NCBI GenBank assembly: GCA_951406725.2
Contig: OX597816.1
Coordinates: 152,396,001 to 152,460,000, forward strand
Direction of reading: 5' to 3'
DNA length: 64,000 nucleotides
Source: Octopus vulgaris
Taxonomy: Eukaryota
Shown: positions 49,605-63,781 of the stretch, piece after piece
Numbering within the stretch: the stretch's first letter is position 1
Layout: the number at the start of each line of letters is the position of its first letter
Program-made: the position numbers and the translations under genes
Notes under the pieces: model-generated
Databases searched by the model: none
What the model saw: the letters and a program-made list of their open reading frames with translations, nothing else
Told to the model about the DNA's origin: nothing

Positions 49605-50845
49605 GTAAGGCTTTCCTTCCTTTCTAGCTATTCTAGAAATAAGTTTATCTTGTAGGTTGTTGTATGTCATTGTGAAGGACACGTAAAAGTGATTTTGTTT
49701 TCTTCTATTTTTATTAATAAATCAGTTATTGTAATTGAATTTTTTATTCTTTTTACTCGTTTTGTTACTTTTATGAACGAAACTTCTCTGTCATTTATAG
49801 ACATAACCAAACACAGGAGGTTTGACAGTCGTATCAAAGGTTACTTTGTTCTGTCGTTCTAAAGATGTTTATTCTGCTAATTCGGTAGACTTCTTTCAGT
49901 TACATCAATTGCACATCGTATGTATTTGAAGAATTATCGATTCAACAGAACACGGGAGTTATCTCATATTTCAAATCAGTATATGTTTGAATGTCGGAAA
50001 AATTTGTAAATTTACTCGTATATTCGGATATTGTTTCAAAAACACTCGTCTAAAAAGAAAACATTTGTTAACCTCAAAGTCAACCCTCATTAAACAATTA
50101 AGATCGAAAGCATTTTAAGCCATGACCACCTTGTAACACATTATTTATATATCCCTCTTTATATGTTGGACATCATATAGTTCAGTGCGGGCTAAGATAT
50201 TGAGCATAGTGAGCTATTTTTACACCTTAATTGGAATTAAATCCGTAATAAAACAGTCATTAAGGTAAGGGCGAGAACTCCGATATTTATAGTGTTGAAA
50301 ACGAAACGAGAACATCCCAGAGAAACAAGATGGAACAGGTAGGATAAAACCAGAGGTGAGGGCGGCACTCGGTTGATTAGCGAGTTTGATCTTAGGAGGA
50401 ATGCGGTTGACAACTGTTTTGTCACAGTATTTTCAAAGTTCCTTTGCAGAGTAGTGTCTAACAGTCATAGCCAAACTGCGGCCCTCGGGACCTTCTGAAT
50501 GGTATGCCTTGAATTTTTAGTAGTACGACTAGTCTCATGATGTGTCATATCTCGTGCAGCCTGCTTCTCGGAAAAGGTTGCCTATACCTGGTCTAATAAA
50601 TACAGATCGTAAAACAACTTTGAGAGAAAATTTGTAATTATCATTCACAACGAAAGATTTCCAAATACTTAAAAGTCGCTTAATAAATAATCTAACCCGC
50701 TGGTATTTTAGATTTTAACTTTTCTAATAAGAACACTTGTTTTAACTTAAGTAACAAAGGCCTACAAATAGAATATTTGCTACACTACAACAAACACGAC
50801 AAAGTGATCGTGTTGTGTCGTAAACAATCTTAAGAGTTTGGAGGC

Positions 50846-51502
50846 GGGGCAAAATGAGTAATTTCTGATTTCTTGTTATTTCCCCCAACCTATTTTCAAT
50901 CATTACATCACAATTATTGCATAATGTTAGGAATAAAAATTGGTCAGCATTGTTGTTATTGTAATTGAGAGAGTTTGAAACATAGGTAACGTACTTTTTT
51001 CCAAGAAATTTTCCTTCAACTTTGACCTGATCCAAATTGAGGTTGCTAATAAAATATCTAGATACTTTTTAGTGTCTAATAATCAATATTCTTTTCTCTG
51101 TTGGATTCCAAGTCAATTTCTTCCCACAGTAATGTTTAATTTAATAGTTTTCAATTTTCAAAGGATGATGTCTAATGCGGGGCAAAATGAGTAATAACTA
51201 TTTTCAATATGTTCACTTTAATTGCATGGTGCATCAGGAATAGAGCTACACCAACTGATCGTGAAGAAGCTATAGAGAATATTTTATGTTGAGTTTAGAT
51301 TTAGTCGTGTTTTGTTAATTTCATATGTGCCATGTTTTCATGATTCTCTTTCATTTGACCTAGATATTTAAAATTTTTCTTGCATTTCTGATTTTTCTGA
51401 TGTCCAATGATGGATATTGATGTGCATGAGTATTTCTTCAGATGTAATTCTGGAGAATTGAAAAGGCAAATTTACCTTATCTTGTCTTACTCATTTTGCC
51501 CC
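50846..51502. mobile_element. DNA-transposon-derived remnant with repeated subterminal motifs
   Basis: ggggcaaaatgagtaa at ~50846 and ~51179, inverted copy ttactcattttgcccc at ~51487. Confidence 0.4.
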
Positions 51503-51893
51503 ATCTAAATCTGTCTATTATTTGCTCAAAGAGAAGAGAGATAATTTTCCAAAACAGTGTTCTGAATATATTATTTTTAATGTATTTAGAGAAGATCATT
51601 TGCTTAGCTGATACAGCTTATGTATGGTAGTGAACATTTGTAAAAAAAATTTTTTTCTCATAGTCAAAAATGCAGTAAATTTTACACATTGTGCCTCACC
51701 TCATACTTTTCATCATGAAAGTTAAAACAAAAGTGATCCTATTAAAAAAGTTAAATCTTTTAAAGAATGAAAATAAAATACTAATGGATTATTAAACAAA
51801 TTATTTAACAAGTGACATTTAATAATCTATCCTGGATTGTTTTGATTTTGTTATTAGAATTGCTTCTTTCATCTTCGTATGTTTCTATTTCAG

Positions 51894-52009
51894 TGCGTGA
51901 TTATGATGTTCCTTTGACTATAGGAGAATGTAAAAACAAACTTCGAGAATTATTTTTGAAAAACCAACATGTTACAGATCTTAGAACTATCGATGTACTT
52001 GTCATTAAG
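51894..52009 (+). CDS. NDUFA6: NDUFA6 exon 2
   Basis: (V)RDYDVPLTIGECKNKLRELFLKNQHVTDLRTIDVLVIK. Confidence 0.95.
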
Positions 52010-53444
52010 GTATTTATTTTGGAAATATTTTTCTTGTGGAAATTGAGCCTTCATAAAATATCAAAGTAAAATTTATTTAATTGGTAAATATTTGATTTCA
52101 GAATATATTAGTTGTTTCTACCTCAATTTCTATTGAATTTGATTTCATTAATCAACATGACAAATAAGCTCATCCATCTTCAAACTATACTCGCAAAAAA
52201 AAATTGTGTGCATCACTGTAAGCTATCAAAATGTTCATAGATTACAAGGTTTCCATTGCTGCAATCATTGAATTGTAGCATTCAGTCAATCATATCTATT
52301 TACAGTTAAGTCAGCTGAGTCATTTGGGAATTTGGGGTTAGAGCAATGGAGATAAAATATCATCGGTGTCAGGATATGCACTTTAGAATTACCTTAAATT
52401 TTTAGTTGTAAGTGTTGGGCTTCAGCCAATGATAATTTTAGACCCACCTATTTCTAGATAGGTGCAGGAATGGGTGTATGGTTAGAGGTTCACTTGGCAA
52501 CCATGTGTTTTCGGTTGCTGCCCACCATGCAGTAGCTTGGGCAAATATTTTCTACTATAGTCTTGGGATGACCAAAGCCTTGTGTGGGAGTTTGTTAAAC
52601 AAAACAAAACCTGTCATCTTTGTGTGTCCATCCTTTTTTGTCTTGTGATTACTTGCCAATTATAAACAAACATCACTGTCACACAAGCAGTGACATTTGC
52701 AGTCTTCTGTGAAAACATGAACAGGAGGAAATATTACCTTGCTTTGAAACAGGTTGGTGACAGGTAAAGCGTTTAATCATTCTGCTTCAATGAATCACAT
52801 CTAATCCATGTGAGCATGGAAAAGTAGACATTGAAACAATGATGATGATGATGAATTAGGGGAGGATAGACATAACTGGGTGTAGTTACTCAGGTAAGTG
52901 TTCAATTTGAATTATAGTTATTAGTGGTTGAAGGGGAAAAAACTTCAGTGGATAGATTGTTCATGATCTGAGGAATCAAGAAAAAGGACATGGATGCATT
53001 TAGTTGATTTATGGTGAAGTGAGTGTAAAACTGTTATTGTAATAGAAGAGAAAGAGATAAAATACATGTTGACAGGCAACAATGGGCAGTAAAGACTTAC
53101 TTATTTGACAAATAACATTTTAAATGAATTTGTGTATGGGTGGAGGTGTAATCTCTTGTCTCAGATATATGAACAGTAATGTATTGAAGAGCATTGGGGT
53201 GAGATGGAAAGCAAGCTTTTCCAATGATACAAAATATTTGTAGCTTGATACACACCTAATTCCAGACTTATTATTTAGACAGCTAGTGTCTTATGTGATG
53301 TATATAATTCATTGGTAGCTGAATCTCCATAAATCATTGTAATAAATTATTCTATTCTACTTTTTGTATTGAATACTTTTTCTATCATTTACACTTAGTG
53401 TATATGTGTGGGGGAAGGTATGTGGTTAGGGTGTTGCACTCCAA

Positions 53445-53660
53445 CACAGCTCCCATGACTTTCGGAAACATTTTTTCACGCTCAGAGTTGCTGAAGCATG
53501 GTATAAACTGCCTGCGTCAGTTGTTGACTGCCATGACACTGCATCCTTTAAGGCCCTCATGCTTCCCGAAATCCGTCGAAACTACACCTGATTATATATG
53601 CACTTTAGATGAGTTGTAGTGCACCTGAGCACTGTACACAATGTTTATTATTATTATAAA
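53445..53660 (+). mobile_element. CR1-type LINE 3' end nested in a SINE
   Basis: catgactttcggaaacattttttcacgctcagag... with an (ATT)n tail; SINE-like sequence on both sides. Confidence 0.7.
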
Positions 53661-54964
53661 ATCATGGTTTTGATTCCTGTACCAAGCAGTGCATTGTGTT
53701 TAGCAAATACTTAATTTCATATGTGCCAGTTCACTCAGCTGTAAAGAGTTCAAGCCATAGCTGGAAAGTTAACTCAACAACAAACTGGTGTCCTGTTCAG
53801 GAGCAGCATTGTAATATCAGTCATTTATACATCTTGGAAACCAGGTTCAGCCTTATGAGTTCTAGGGTTATTGACAGCTCTAAGTATATATATGTGTGTA
53901 GGTGTATGTTTGAGTTCCCTTGTTTTGACACTGTGATAATTGTAGATGAGTGTCACCATCATACAAGTGGTGTTGTTTGTTTCCATCTTTGGTGAAAACA
54001 TGCAGCCATGTGGAAATATTACCTTGCTTGGAAATGGATGTATGTTGGTGACAGGTAGGGCATCTGCCTGTAGAAACTGTACCTCAAAAAATTCCATTTG
54101 ACTCTTTCAAGTATAGAAAGGATACTTTAAAATGATGATATCAAAACAAACACACACACACACGCGCGCGCGCGTGCTTTGCAAGGGGAATAACTGCAGT
54201 GACAAACAAGTTTCAAAAATTGCAGCATTTACAGTTCAGATTAGCAGGTGATGAAGTTACTGAAAATTTGTTGGAATGCAACGTGTGTTTCTAATTTTGA
54301 TTGAATAAGTTAGGTAGAGTTGAACGATGTTTGTCACTTAGAAACAATGCTGATATTAGGACAGATCTTGTGATATTTTAGGCCAAGGTTCAGTACTTTT
54401 ACCTCACAGCTTTCTTTTATTTGGAAAGTTTTCTTTCTTAAGCTCAAATTTTATAAAATGTTCATGTCTTTCTCAAAAACATTAACCAACAAGGGAGCCT
54501 CCATATAGTTGCTCAGTCTGCCAGAAGTAGCTGTCAAATCTCTCTCAAATTGCACTATACTATTTTAAGTAAAGCAAGATACACTGGGTAATATAATCAG
54601 GATGGTGACAGATGAAATGTCTTTGCTCATAGGTATGCTCACCCAGAGATGACCTGAGTTAAACAACAATAGCATGTAAGTGAATTAGCTTCAAATAGGA
54701 ATCAAAACTAGCTCACCTTACTGTTTGCTTATCCTTATTCTGTTACTTAAATTTATATTTCCAGAGAAGTTGAAAATTATGCACAATGATAGACTCACTA
54801 GTTATGTGTTCAAATACTACTTGTGACAGATTATGTTTAATGATTATTATAAAGGTAAAATAATATATAAAGATGTAAAATACATTCCCAGTAATAACAA
54901 ACAATATTTTTTTATATGTCCTGTAAATTATTGAAGATAACTAACTTTGTCTTGTTCATTCCAG

Positions 54965-55093
54965 GGTCAAATGGAGTTGGTGGAGACCATGGAAGTCTGG
55001 AAACAGAGACATCATATTATGAAATATTTCAGGGATTCTGAGAACCCTCGACCTGCAGATTTTCTATCCAAATTCTATGATGGCAGTGATTAG
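54965..55093 (+). CDS. NDUFA6: NDUFA6 exon 3 (stop)
   Basis: [42 protein letters not shown]-stop; AATAAA at 55180 and 55299. Confidence 0.95.
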   Translation, partial: GQMELVETMEVWKQRHHIMKYFRDSENPRPADFLSKFYDGSD

Positions 55094-58000
55094 TTCCACT
55101 TCCATAAAGTTGCTCTTGTTTTGTATATTAACTTTTGTAGGTTTGTTGGCGCATTGTTTTGTGTAACAAACAAATAGGCAATAAACTTATATGAAAAATT
55201 TGTTGTCGTTGTTGAGTATATAGTTAGTTGTGTTGAAACATGTCTGGTTGTAGAGGTAACTGTCGGAACATTTAAGAGAGGTAAATAATCTGTCATAGAA
55301 TAAATCTGCTGTTTTAACCTGAACTGAAATCATGTGATGATGGTGGAGGTAGTGACAGTGATGACAAGATGGTGATGAAACTTAATGAGACTTCATTTGG
55401 AGCAGTTTTGTCAGCAGCACAGTCTTTTGAAGATGTTGAATCAAGCCTAATTATGTATATTCAGTGTTTACAGTGGGACAAATCTTTGTGAATTTGATCT
55501 GGAATCTACATTTAATCAGGATAGACATTTCCTATGAGTTCTGTGTTCTATCATTCTCTAAAATCTCTCATACTATTTTGACAAAAACTCTTTATTGTTA
55601 ATTTAAATATTAATGAAGTTCACAGTCAACATTAAAATAGTTGTTTAATAATAATTTGGTGACCAGATTTATTTAGTTGATTGATCAATATTGGATCTAT
55701 TTTACAACTAGCATTGGTCTGAATATGTACCAATGAAATTCTTGTGGTCAGTTACATTAACTTTAGTCATCCTTGTGCACTATTAGAAATCATTACAGTT
55801 GTTCTTTGTTCATTTTTCTGCAAACTTTATTTCCTATTTGTTCTACTATCTTCATTATATTTATCTATCTGTAGTAATACTGCTCAGGTTATTGTTATCC
55901 AATATATTTATAGATTTTATGTCCATGATATGTCCAGTCTAGGTGGTTGATCAGCAGAGATGGCAGAACATTGAACAGATTGCTTTGCTGTAATCATTCT
56001 AGCTCTCTCCATTCTGAGCTCTAATCTTGCCAAAATCAACTTTGCTTTTCATCCCTTTAGGCGGATAAATAGAATAGCAGTTCTGTACTGGGGTAGATTC
56101 TTATCTAACACTTTCTCTCTTTCTTCTGGAAAAAAATTGATTGAGGTCAAATCTGGAGAGGTATTGGCTCCATCAAGTGTGAAATGTTCAAGACATGCTG
56201 TATTTCTTGATGGCACTCGTACAGCTTCACCAATGAGTTACAGGCCCATGGCATGATATAACATGTCCAAACTATCATAATTTCATTTATCATGAATCAT
56301 CCAAGTTTTTAAATCTTTTGAATACTTACATTTTTCGGTCCCCATAACACATCTTACACAAAATAAGTCTCAAATCATGGATGTCCCTTGATAATTCTCT
56401 TGAGATCATTATTACTATAGAAAACTGTTGTTTACCTTGTTTTATTGATCATACTGATGGATTTTCTAAAGTCTTCAATTATTTTAATAAAAACCTGCAA
56501 CATAGATACCTCTTGTGATACTTTGTTAGGGGAATCACTGCTGAAAATAAAGCATTGAGATAATTTTCTATGAAGAAGACACTTGAAAAAGCTTTTGTGT
56601 CTATTTGAATTTAGGGTTCTGAAAGATAAGATTTTGTTTGTTACACTATGTTTATAGAGGCTATGAGCACATCACGATACCAATATATTTACTGGTAGTT
56701 GGTCTGGGACAACAGGAGCTTGTTAATCTTGACTTAGAATATTGTACAATGGTTGATGCACCCATTGAGCTTTTGAACTCAAACAAAACCATTTCTTTAT
56801 TACACACCTGGTTGTGGTGATAGTAGTGGTTAGTTCTTAACCCTATTGAACTTAGTTCCGCAACTTAACGAAACACCTATTAGCTTTACAGTGCTCCCAT
56901 TGTGTACATTCGTGAACTATACCATTCTGTGGTATCTAAATGAACTTGGCTGTTAATGCAATTCCAAGGTGACAACTGTATATGAACTACTGACCAATTA
57001 TTGTTTGTTCAATATCTTACCTTCTTCATCATTCACTTTTTTAGACATATCAAATTTATCATGTTCCATTGGGAATATTTTCCTTTTGCTGTACGTATTC
57101 TGCTGCTGTTTAATGTATTATGGCTGGAAATATTGTACACTAGATATTTATATTGTGAAGAGGGGTGGACAAAAAAACCCTACTGAATTGGATCACTCAA
57201 TGTATCTTAATGTAAGTGGTCTCACACTGGTAAGGAAAATGTGACTATGTAATGTTGATCTTGTTTTTTGTGTAAGGCATGTGAGAGTTAAGCGATGTGA
57301 GATGGCTACAACAAAGAAATAAAACTTTAGCCACAAATAATGAAAATAAATCAGTCTTTAATCAACAAAGTTTTGATATTTAAAACTTGAAACACAAAAA
57401 CAAAAATAAATTTTCCAGTCAAGAAATATCTAAAAAGACAGTCTAAATTCATTGAAGAAAAAATAATTTGTTATGAATGCAATGGTGTGAGTCAAAATGT
57501 TTTATTCAGCTTGTTTGTTGCTGTTAAAACTTTTTATTCAACAAAACCATGTTTTTCTTGTTTTTCTTTTGAGGAGGATAAGAAATGGGAAGCTGTGCTG
57601 TTCATATTTTTCCTAAAGGCGTTGGCATATGTGAAAGGCAAAGCAAAAAGCAAAAGCACATTGTGGATTTGTCTCTCAAATATATATATATTTTTTGGTG
57701 CTTGGTGAAGAGATATGTAGCTTTGATGTCTAAGTTTTTCATTTCAACACAAATGATCATGGCTGATTTCTGAAATTGATCAGATGAAATAGAAATTGTT
57801 GTCTGATCAAATTCACTCTTTTGCTGGCCTTGGCTAGTGATCTTTGACCATACTAGGTTACTGCCATCATAAGAATATTTCTTTGAAGATATATGGTTTA
57901 ATAGTTTGAACTTTTCTTTTCTCTGTTGATGCACTTCTTTGATTTGGAGTTTGTTGTATGTTTTGTTTGCAATATACAATTTATCTGTCTATTTGAGGTA

Positions 58001-60903
58001 TGAAAATGTTTGGATTATGAGTTCAGTCAAGAGGCTTTAGTTCAAATTTGAATATGTCTAATTTCTAATTGTCAGATAATCTGGTGCAACAGTTTAGATA
58101 ATTTTAATTCTCTCTAATTCAGTCATCTGAAAGATTAGTTTAACAGAAAGAGAATGTATGCTTGAATTTCTGGAAAATCTTGATTTGGTTTTGAGATTCT
58201 TTTCCATCACTCCAAAAATGATTTCATGAATTACTGCTTCATCAGTACAGTGGAGAAAAAAATCACCGGGCTACCTTTGAAAAAAAAAAAAAAAAACCTG
58301 AAAGAACTTCTGTGACACCATTGAAATAATATGGAAAATAAGCTTTTGGTAATGCCATACAAATGCTCCATTTGAGTAAATGTGCTGAAAATTTAAATCT
58401 AAGACTCAAAAGTAAATTATGATTATGTAAATTCTATACAGGAATATAAACATTTATTAAATAGATGGGAAACCTTAGATTTAGAGAATGAAGGGTATAG
58501 GGAATTGCAAAATTCATTTTGGTAGATATTAGCTACATAAAAGAAGAAACTATCAAACAGCTATCAAGATTTGACTTTAATTCCAACTTGATGTTATTTA
58601 AACCAATGACATAATAATAATAACTTTGTATTTCTTCTTTAAATATTTCTGGTTTTACATTTCTATAAGAATGTTGGATTGGATAGTGTATTTTATGTAG
58701 TTTGATACTTTACTGCATCAAGTTCAGATTTCACTGGAAGTGTCTGACTTTCAACTCTTGGGATGACAAAATAATTACCAGTAATATATTGAACTCAAAA
58801 CAATATCAACTTGAAACACACAAAAACAAAAAAACAACAAACTTGTATTCAGTTCAGGTAAATTAGCTCATGTTTAGCCCCTGGTCTGTCCTGAGTGAGA
58901 AAACTTATGATCAAAGATGTTCCAACAGAGATCATCCTATCATATTTCTGACATAATGTATCTACATTATTGAATGTGTCCTTCATTTTGTAAGCACCAG
59001 AAAGTGGCAAGCAGATCTCTTGACTGTGTATGATATTGTCTGACTGGCATGGTGAGCTCTCAGCAAACTGAAACTACTCTGTGAATTTAATCCATAATCA
59101 AAGTGATTCCACTTCCCTTACACTGTTAAGTAAAGAGGAAATCAGATATGCCACAACTTTCATGTTCTTCCTTATAAAAGTCAAGGATTCTTGAGCATTT
59201 TGAGAAGTGATGAAAATTATTATCCAGTGTATACTCTCAAGCTGTATTCCTTTCATTATTTGAACTAAATTACAACTAAAATTTACTTTAAGAATCCAAA
59301 TAATGAAGTGATATTTCGAGTACTAATATGAAATTGAACCAGTCTCTTGATCTTGAGCTATGTGTTTCAGCTCAGGATCTTACAAGTTAGTCTGCATTAG
59401 AAGTTATTTTAGAAAGAATGATTAAATATTATATAAGAAGATATTTCCTTTTCTTAGATGAAAAAATAACTATGAGCCAGTACAGAAGTTTTGACATGGT
59501 CAGAAGACCTGCTGAAAATAGTAGCTAAATGCTCTCAAATCCTAATCATGTTAAAACTGGAAAGAATGTATTAGACAACGTAGTCTATGATATACGTAAA
59601 AAGACATGATGGTCAAAGCTAGAATGTCTTTGATCAAAGTTTTCTAATTCAGGCTGACCAGTGGTTAAATAACAATAATTACAGCTTTATTTATCCACCC
59701 TCACAATTGAGAGAGAGCCAGTAACTGGATTTTTGCAGATTCTATCAACAAATGATCAGCTCTGTTGGCTTCAGATTATGGAATGCTGAATTTGTGATGT
59801 TCATACTATTCCCAAGAGTATAAACAGATTAGATGAAATATTTGCTGTGGAGAATCCAAATTAGTTCATAGACTTGGTTTTCTGGGAGCTTCTCACCTTT
59901 TGATATTTACATCTCTTGAACTGTTAACAAAAGGTAAAAAAGGGCCAGTGTTGGTGTTTATTCTGTTACAATACACTGAGTGGATGAAAGTAAAATCCTT
60001 GCACCACTTATAATCAATGCACCCTCTGAGCTGTGCACCTTTTTTTAATGCAGCTAATGCACAAAGGAAAAATGTATGCACTTAAGTTTTCCAAGATGAA
60101 ACTGACTTTTTTTAAATTGAAGATGTTTACTTGCCAGGATGCCAACATATGCTGCTAAGAAAGACAAAATTTGCACACAAGCAAATTTTTGCACACATCC
60201 TCTAAAAAAATTAGTGAGAACATTGCCTATAATATGTTATTTTAAACATTAGTGATTAAAAATTGGAGGGGAAAAAAAAAGAAAAGAAAGGATAAAACAA
60301 AATGCGCAAATTGAGGAATATTGTATATTTCTCCAGACAGCATATTTCTGTGGAGGAGGCATAATGCAGAATTTTTTTCTCTGTGTATAATAAATTATTT
60401 TACATGTCTGCATTAATATGCATGCTATGCATCAAACAATACAATTGAATATTTACAAATCAATGCAGATAAAGAAAGCTAGCTCATCAGATCATGGTTA
60501 CATCGATGCTTCAACTCTAAGTATGCCTTTTGGGGCAGCAACTTCAACAGTATGCAAAATATGGTGCAAGTATTAAATATAATAGAGACTAGAATGTTAT
60601 ATGCCAACAGGTAGATTGTGTCTTACAAATAGTAGATTATCTGAATGTGAGCTATTATACATTATTTATTACTAAGGTGAGACCAAATTATGGTTAACTA
60701 AGGCAGAGAATTATCCATTTGTATTGATCTGGGTTAAAAGTTTATTAGTGGTGGTTTAATAGTTAAGTGAAAGGTTAGGTATAGTTATGACATAAGATCA
60801 ATTTATATTTGAGGTGGGAGCTAGGTATCTTTACAGGTAGTAAAATGTTTGAATGTGGTCTAATACTTTATCTATCACTAACGTGAAAATAATATATATA
60901 TAC

Positions 60904-61222
60904 ATATCCCAAATAAGCAACAAGGATATTCAAGTGTAGTACAATTGTTTCATGCTACTTCATTTTATTAAACACTGTAAGTATTACATCAGTTTTAAAA
61001 TGTCGAGCAATCTTCAGCCACATATAGAATTTTTTAATTAAACGGACAATGCACATAAGTATAAGAATGTGCATTGTCCGTTTAATTAAAAAATTCTATA
61101 TGTGGCGAAGATTGCTTGACATTTTAAAACTGATGTAATACTTACAGTGTTTAATAAAATGAAGTAGCATGAAACAATTGTACTACACTACCTTGGATAT
61201 CCTTGTTGCTTATTTTGGATAT
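60904..61222. mobile_element. Near-perfect palindrome D (~155-bp arms, 10-nt loop) embedded in (TA)n
   Basis: Arms are complementary around the loop at 61057-61066; CTGAAGA on the minus strand at 61017-61011, followed by ...AAAAC. Confidence 0.85.
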
Positions 61223-62415
61223 ATATATATATAAATATATGATAATATTTTGAATGTGACTCCTGAGAAACAGTAAAAGTAATTACCCAATCAACGATGG
61301 CTATTACTGCTAGTGTATAGAGTACACTTACCAGTTCGTTTTCCACTCATTATATATATATATATATATATATCATAAATATGAAGATAATAAATTAAAA
61401 TAATTTATTACCAGTGGTTAGCTTGCATAAATAAAAGTCATGAGACAACATATTTTTAAAAATATAAGAGTGTATAAAATATTTTTTATACACAAAGAGG
61501 AGTTATTTCATTTTTTCCAGAAATATGTTTTTAAAAAGTTTTAGAGGTTTAAAGTTTGACCATTTTCACCCAGTCAGGAGAGAGGATCAAATTTTAAACC
61601 TCTATGGTTGATTGTAATCAAAATTCAGAGTTGCATCTATACACCAAAATTGAAAGCAATCCGAGCAAAATTAAAGGGGGCTGATTTTGTGAATCAATTT
61701 AACTAGATCCGATATCTCTTTCTTGTAGCCACTATTAATTAATGAGCTTCTTAATGAGAAGGTTGAAGAAAAATGTTCTCCTAATATGGAACACAGCGTG
61801 GAATTTGTATCCAAAGTTTCACACCTAGAGTAATGAGGCCATATCATTGATGAGGTTGCGAATGACGATGAAGGGCTTTGGCAAACTAATTGATCGACTG
61901 ATCGAATGATTAATGAAACATTCAATTAGTTAATTAGCTAACATGTTGATAACAATAATAAAAATAAGTGAAATAGAATCAATGCACATGTTTATATGGG
62001 CAAAAAGACTGACTATTTCAAGCTACAAAAGCATCTATTTCAACACATAATTTCAGGTTAAGAATTTTGCGACACAAATACAAATACAAAATACCCTGGA
62101 GACTTATTCTAATATTTGGTTCTGAATTTTTTGAATTCCATGCTGTTCAACAGAATTAGCTCGTTTAATTACCTTCTCATTGTACATTTAATCAGCTGTC
62201 CTCTGCATTTAAAGTATAATTTATGCTAAAATATAAACTTTATCGACTCCATGTTCCCTTATCTTATAATGGTTTTAAATGTTATATTTCAATATCTTGA
62301 AACCTTCTTCATTTTTCTCTATTCACTCTGATATAATTCGTTTGAAAACTAATCACTAACTAAGCATGCATGCACACACACACACACAGACAAACACACA
62401 TACATACATATATTT

Positions 62416-62454
<39 letters not shown>

Positions 62455-62486
62455 GTTTATAAGTGTATATGTATACATGTGTGTAT

Positions 62487-63025
62487 AATAACAAAGGGTA
62501 AAATCAATTAATTAAGAAGTAATCAATAATTTCACCAAGTAGAATTCGGCATGAAAAAGGACCATTTCACGGTAAACTTAAGTAATACTTTATAATTAGG
62601 GTTCAGCAAAGATTTGCTTTACCACATACCGAAGTTTAGAAATAGCAGCCAAAAAACCTTAGCTATTTCTTCTACTTTAAAAAGGGATTCCCAGAAAAAC
62701 CAAAATACTTGAAAACAATCCACGCAGGCAGAGAGGAAAAATAACGAAAATCAATCTGTATCTGGTCACCCATGTACGCGCGTTTCGGAATTAGATTGGT
62801 ATAAAGAATATAGAATTATACTTTACCCAACCATTTTTTTCATCAGCATGGGACTCCAACAATATTAAATATTAAAAATATTAAATTCGAAGGTACTGGA
62901 AGAATTGAACATATCTCTCCATCTACTTTTTAAAGTAGAAGAAATAGCTAAGGTTTTTTGGCTGCTATTTCTAAAATTCGGTATGTGGTAAAGCAAATCT
63001 TTGCTGAACCCTAATTATGAAGTAT
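62487..63025 (-). mobile_element. Penelope pLTR/retrozyme-like element E with a 100-bp inverted duplication
   Basis: Arms 62585-62684 and 62926-63025; bounded by TA-rich microsatellites; internal hammerhead motif. Confidence 0.75.
62769..62852 (-). ncRNA. Minimal type I hammerhead ribozyme motif
   Basis: Minus strand: CCCAUG-CUGAUGA-[long stem II]-GAAAC-GCGC-GUA-CAUGGG. Stem I is a perfect 6 bp and the cleavage triplet is GUA; the base of stem II is imperfect. Confidence 0.75.
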
Positions 63026-63050
63026 ATATGTGTGTATATATATGTGTATA

Positions 63051-63085
<35 letters not shown>

Positions 63086-63104
63086 ATATATATATATATA
63101 TGTA

Positions 63105-63222
63105 CAGTTGAATAAAGTTAAAAAATGGTCTGGTTTTCACGTTTTGTATTTTAACATTAAAAATATAATTTGCTTAATAAAAAACGTGAAAAACTAGACC
63201 ATGTTTTAACTTTATTCAACTG
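63105..63222. repeat. Short palindrome F next to (TA)n
   Basis: cagttgaataaagttaaaa...cacgtttt / aaaacgtg...ttttaactttattcaactg. Confidence 0.85.
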
Positions 63223-63368
63223 ATATATTATTCTATACACATTCACACAAATTCGGAACAATACCCCCCCCACACACACACATATACATATATGTATATA
63301 TAAGCAAAAATGCTGGTTCTAAAATCCCTCTAAGAGATCAACGCAGTAGTTGTACTGACAAGTAATAT

Positions 63369-63781
63369 TCGTAGCCTCTTTAACATGGCTATCCGTTCGA
63401 GCGGACTCTACTAGGTTTTTTTTTTAAGCCCATCTAGACATCACCTCTAGCTGGTTAACGATGCACAGCGGCATCCGATAAAATTGCCTGCAGGGAACAT
63501 CTCCTAGCGACAGAAGAAGTAGAACGGTCCTGGTTTCGGGCTATTTCTGCCACTCCTCAATATCGGACACTTCGTCTGCTAGAATGGGGAGTGTTAGAAA
63601 TAGCCCGAAAGCAGGATTGGTCTACTGGTCCCGTCGCTGGGAGATGGTAGGTGTTCGCTACCCTGTTCCCAATTTTATCGGATGAAGCTGTGCATCGTTA
63701 ATCAGCTAGAGGAAATATCTTCCTGGGGTTAAAAAATCGTAGTAGAGTCCGCTCGAACGGACAGCCATGTTAAAGTGGCTA

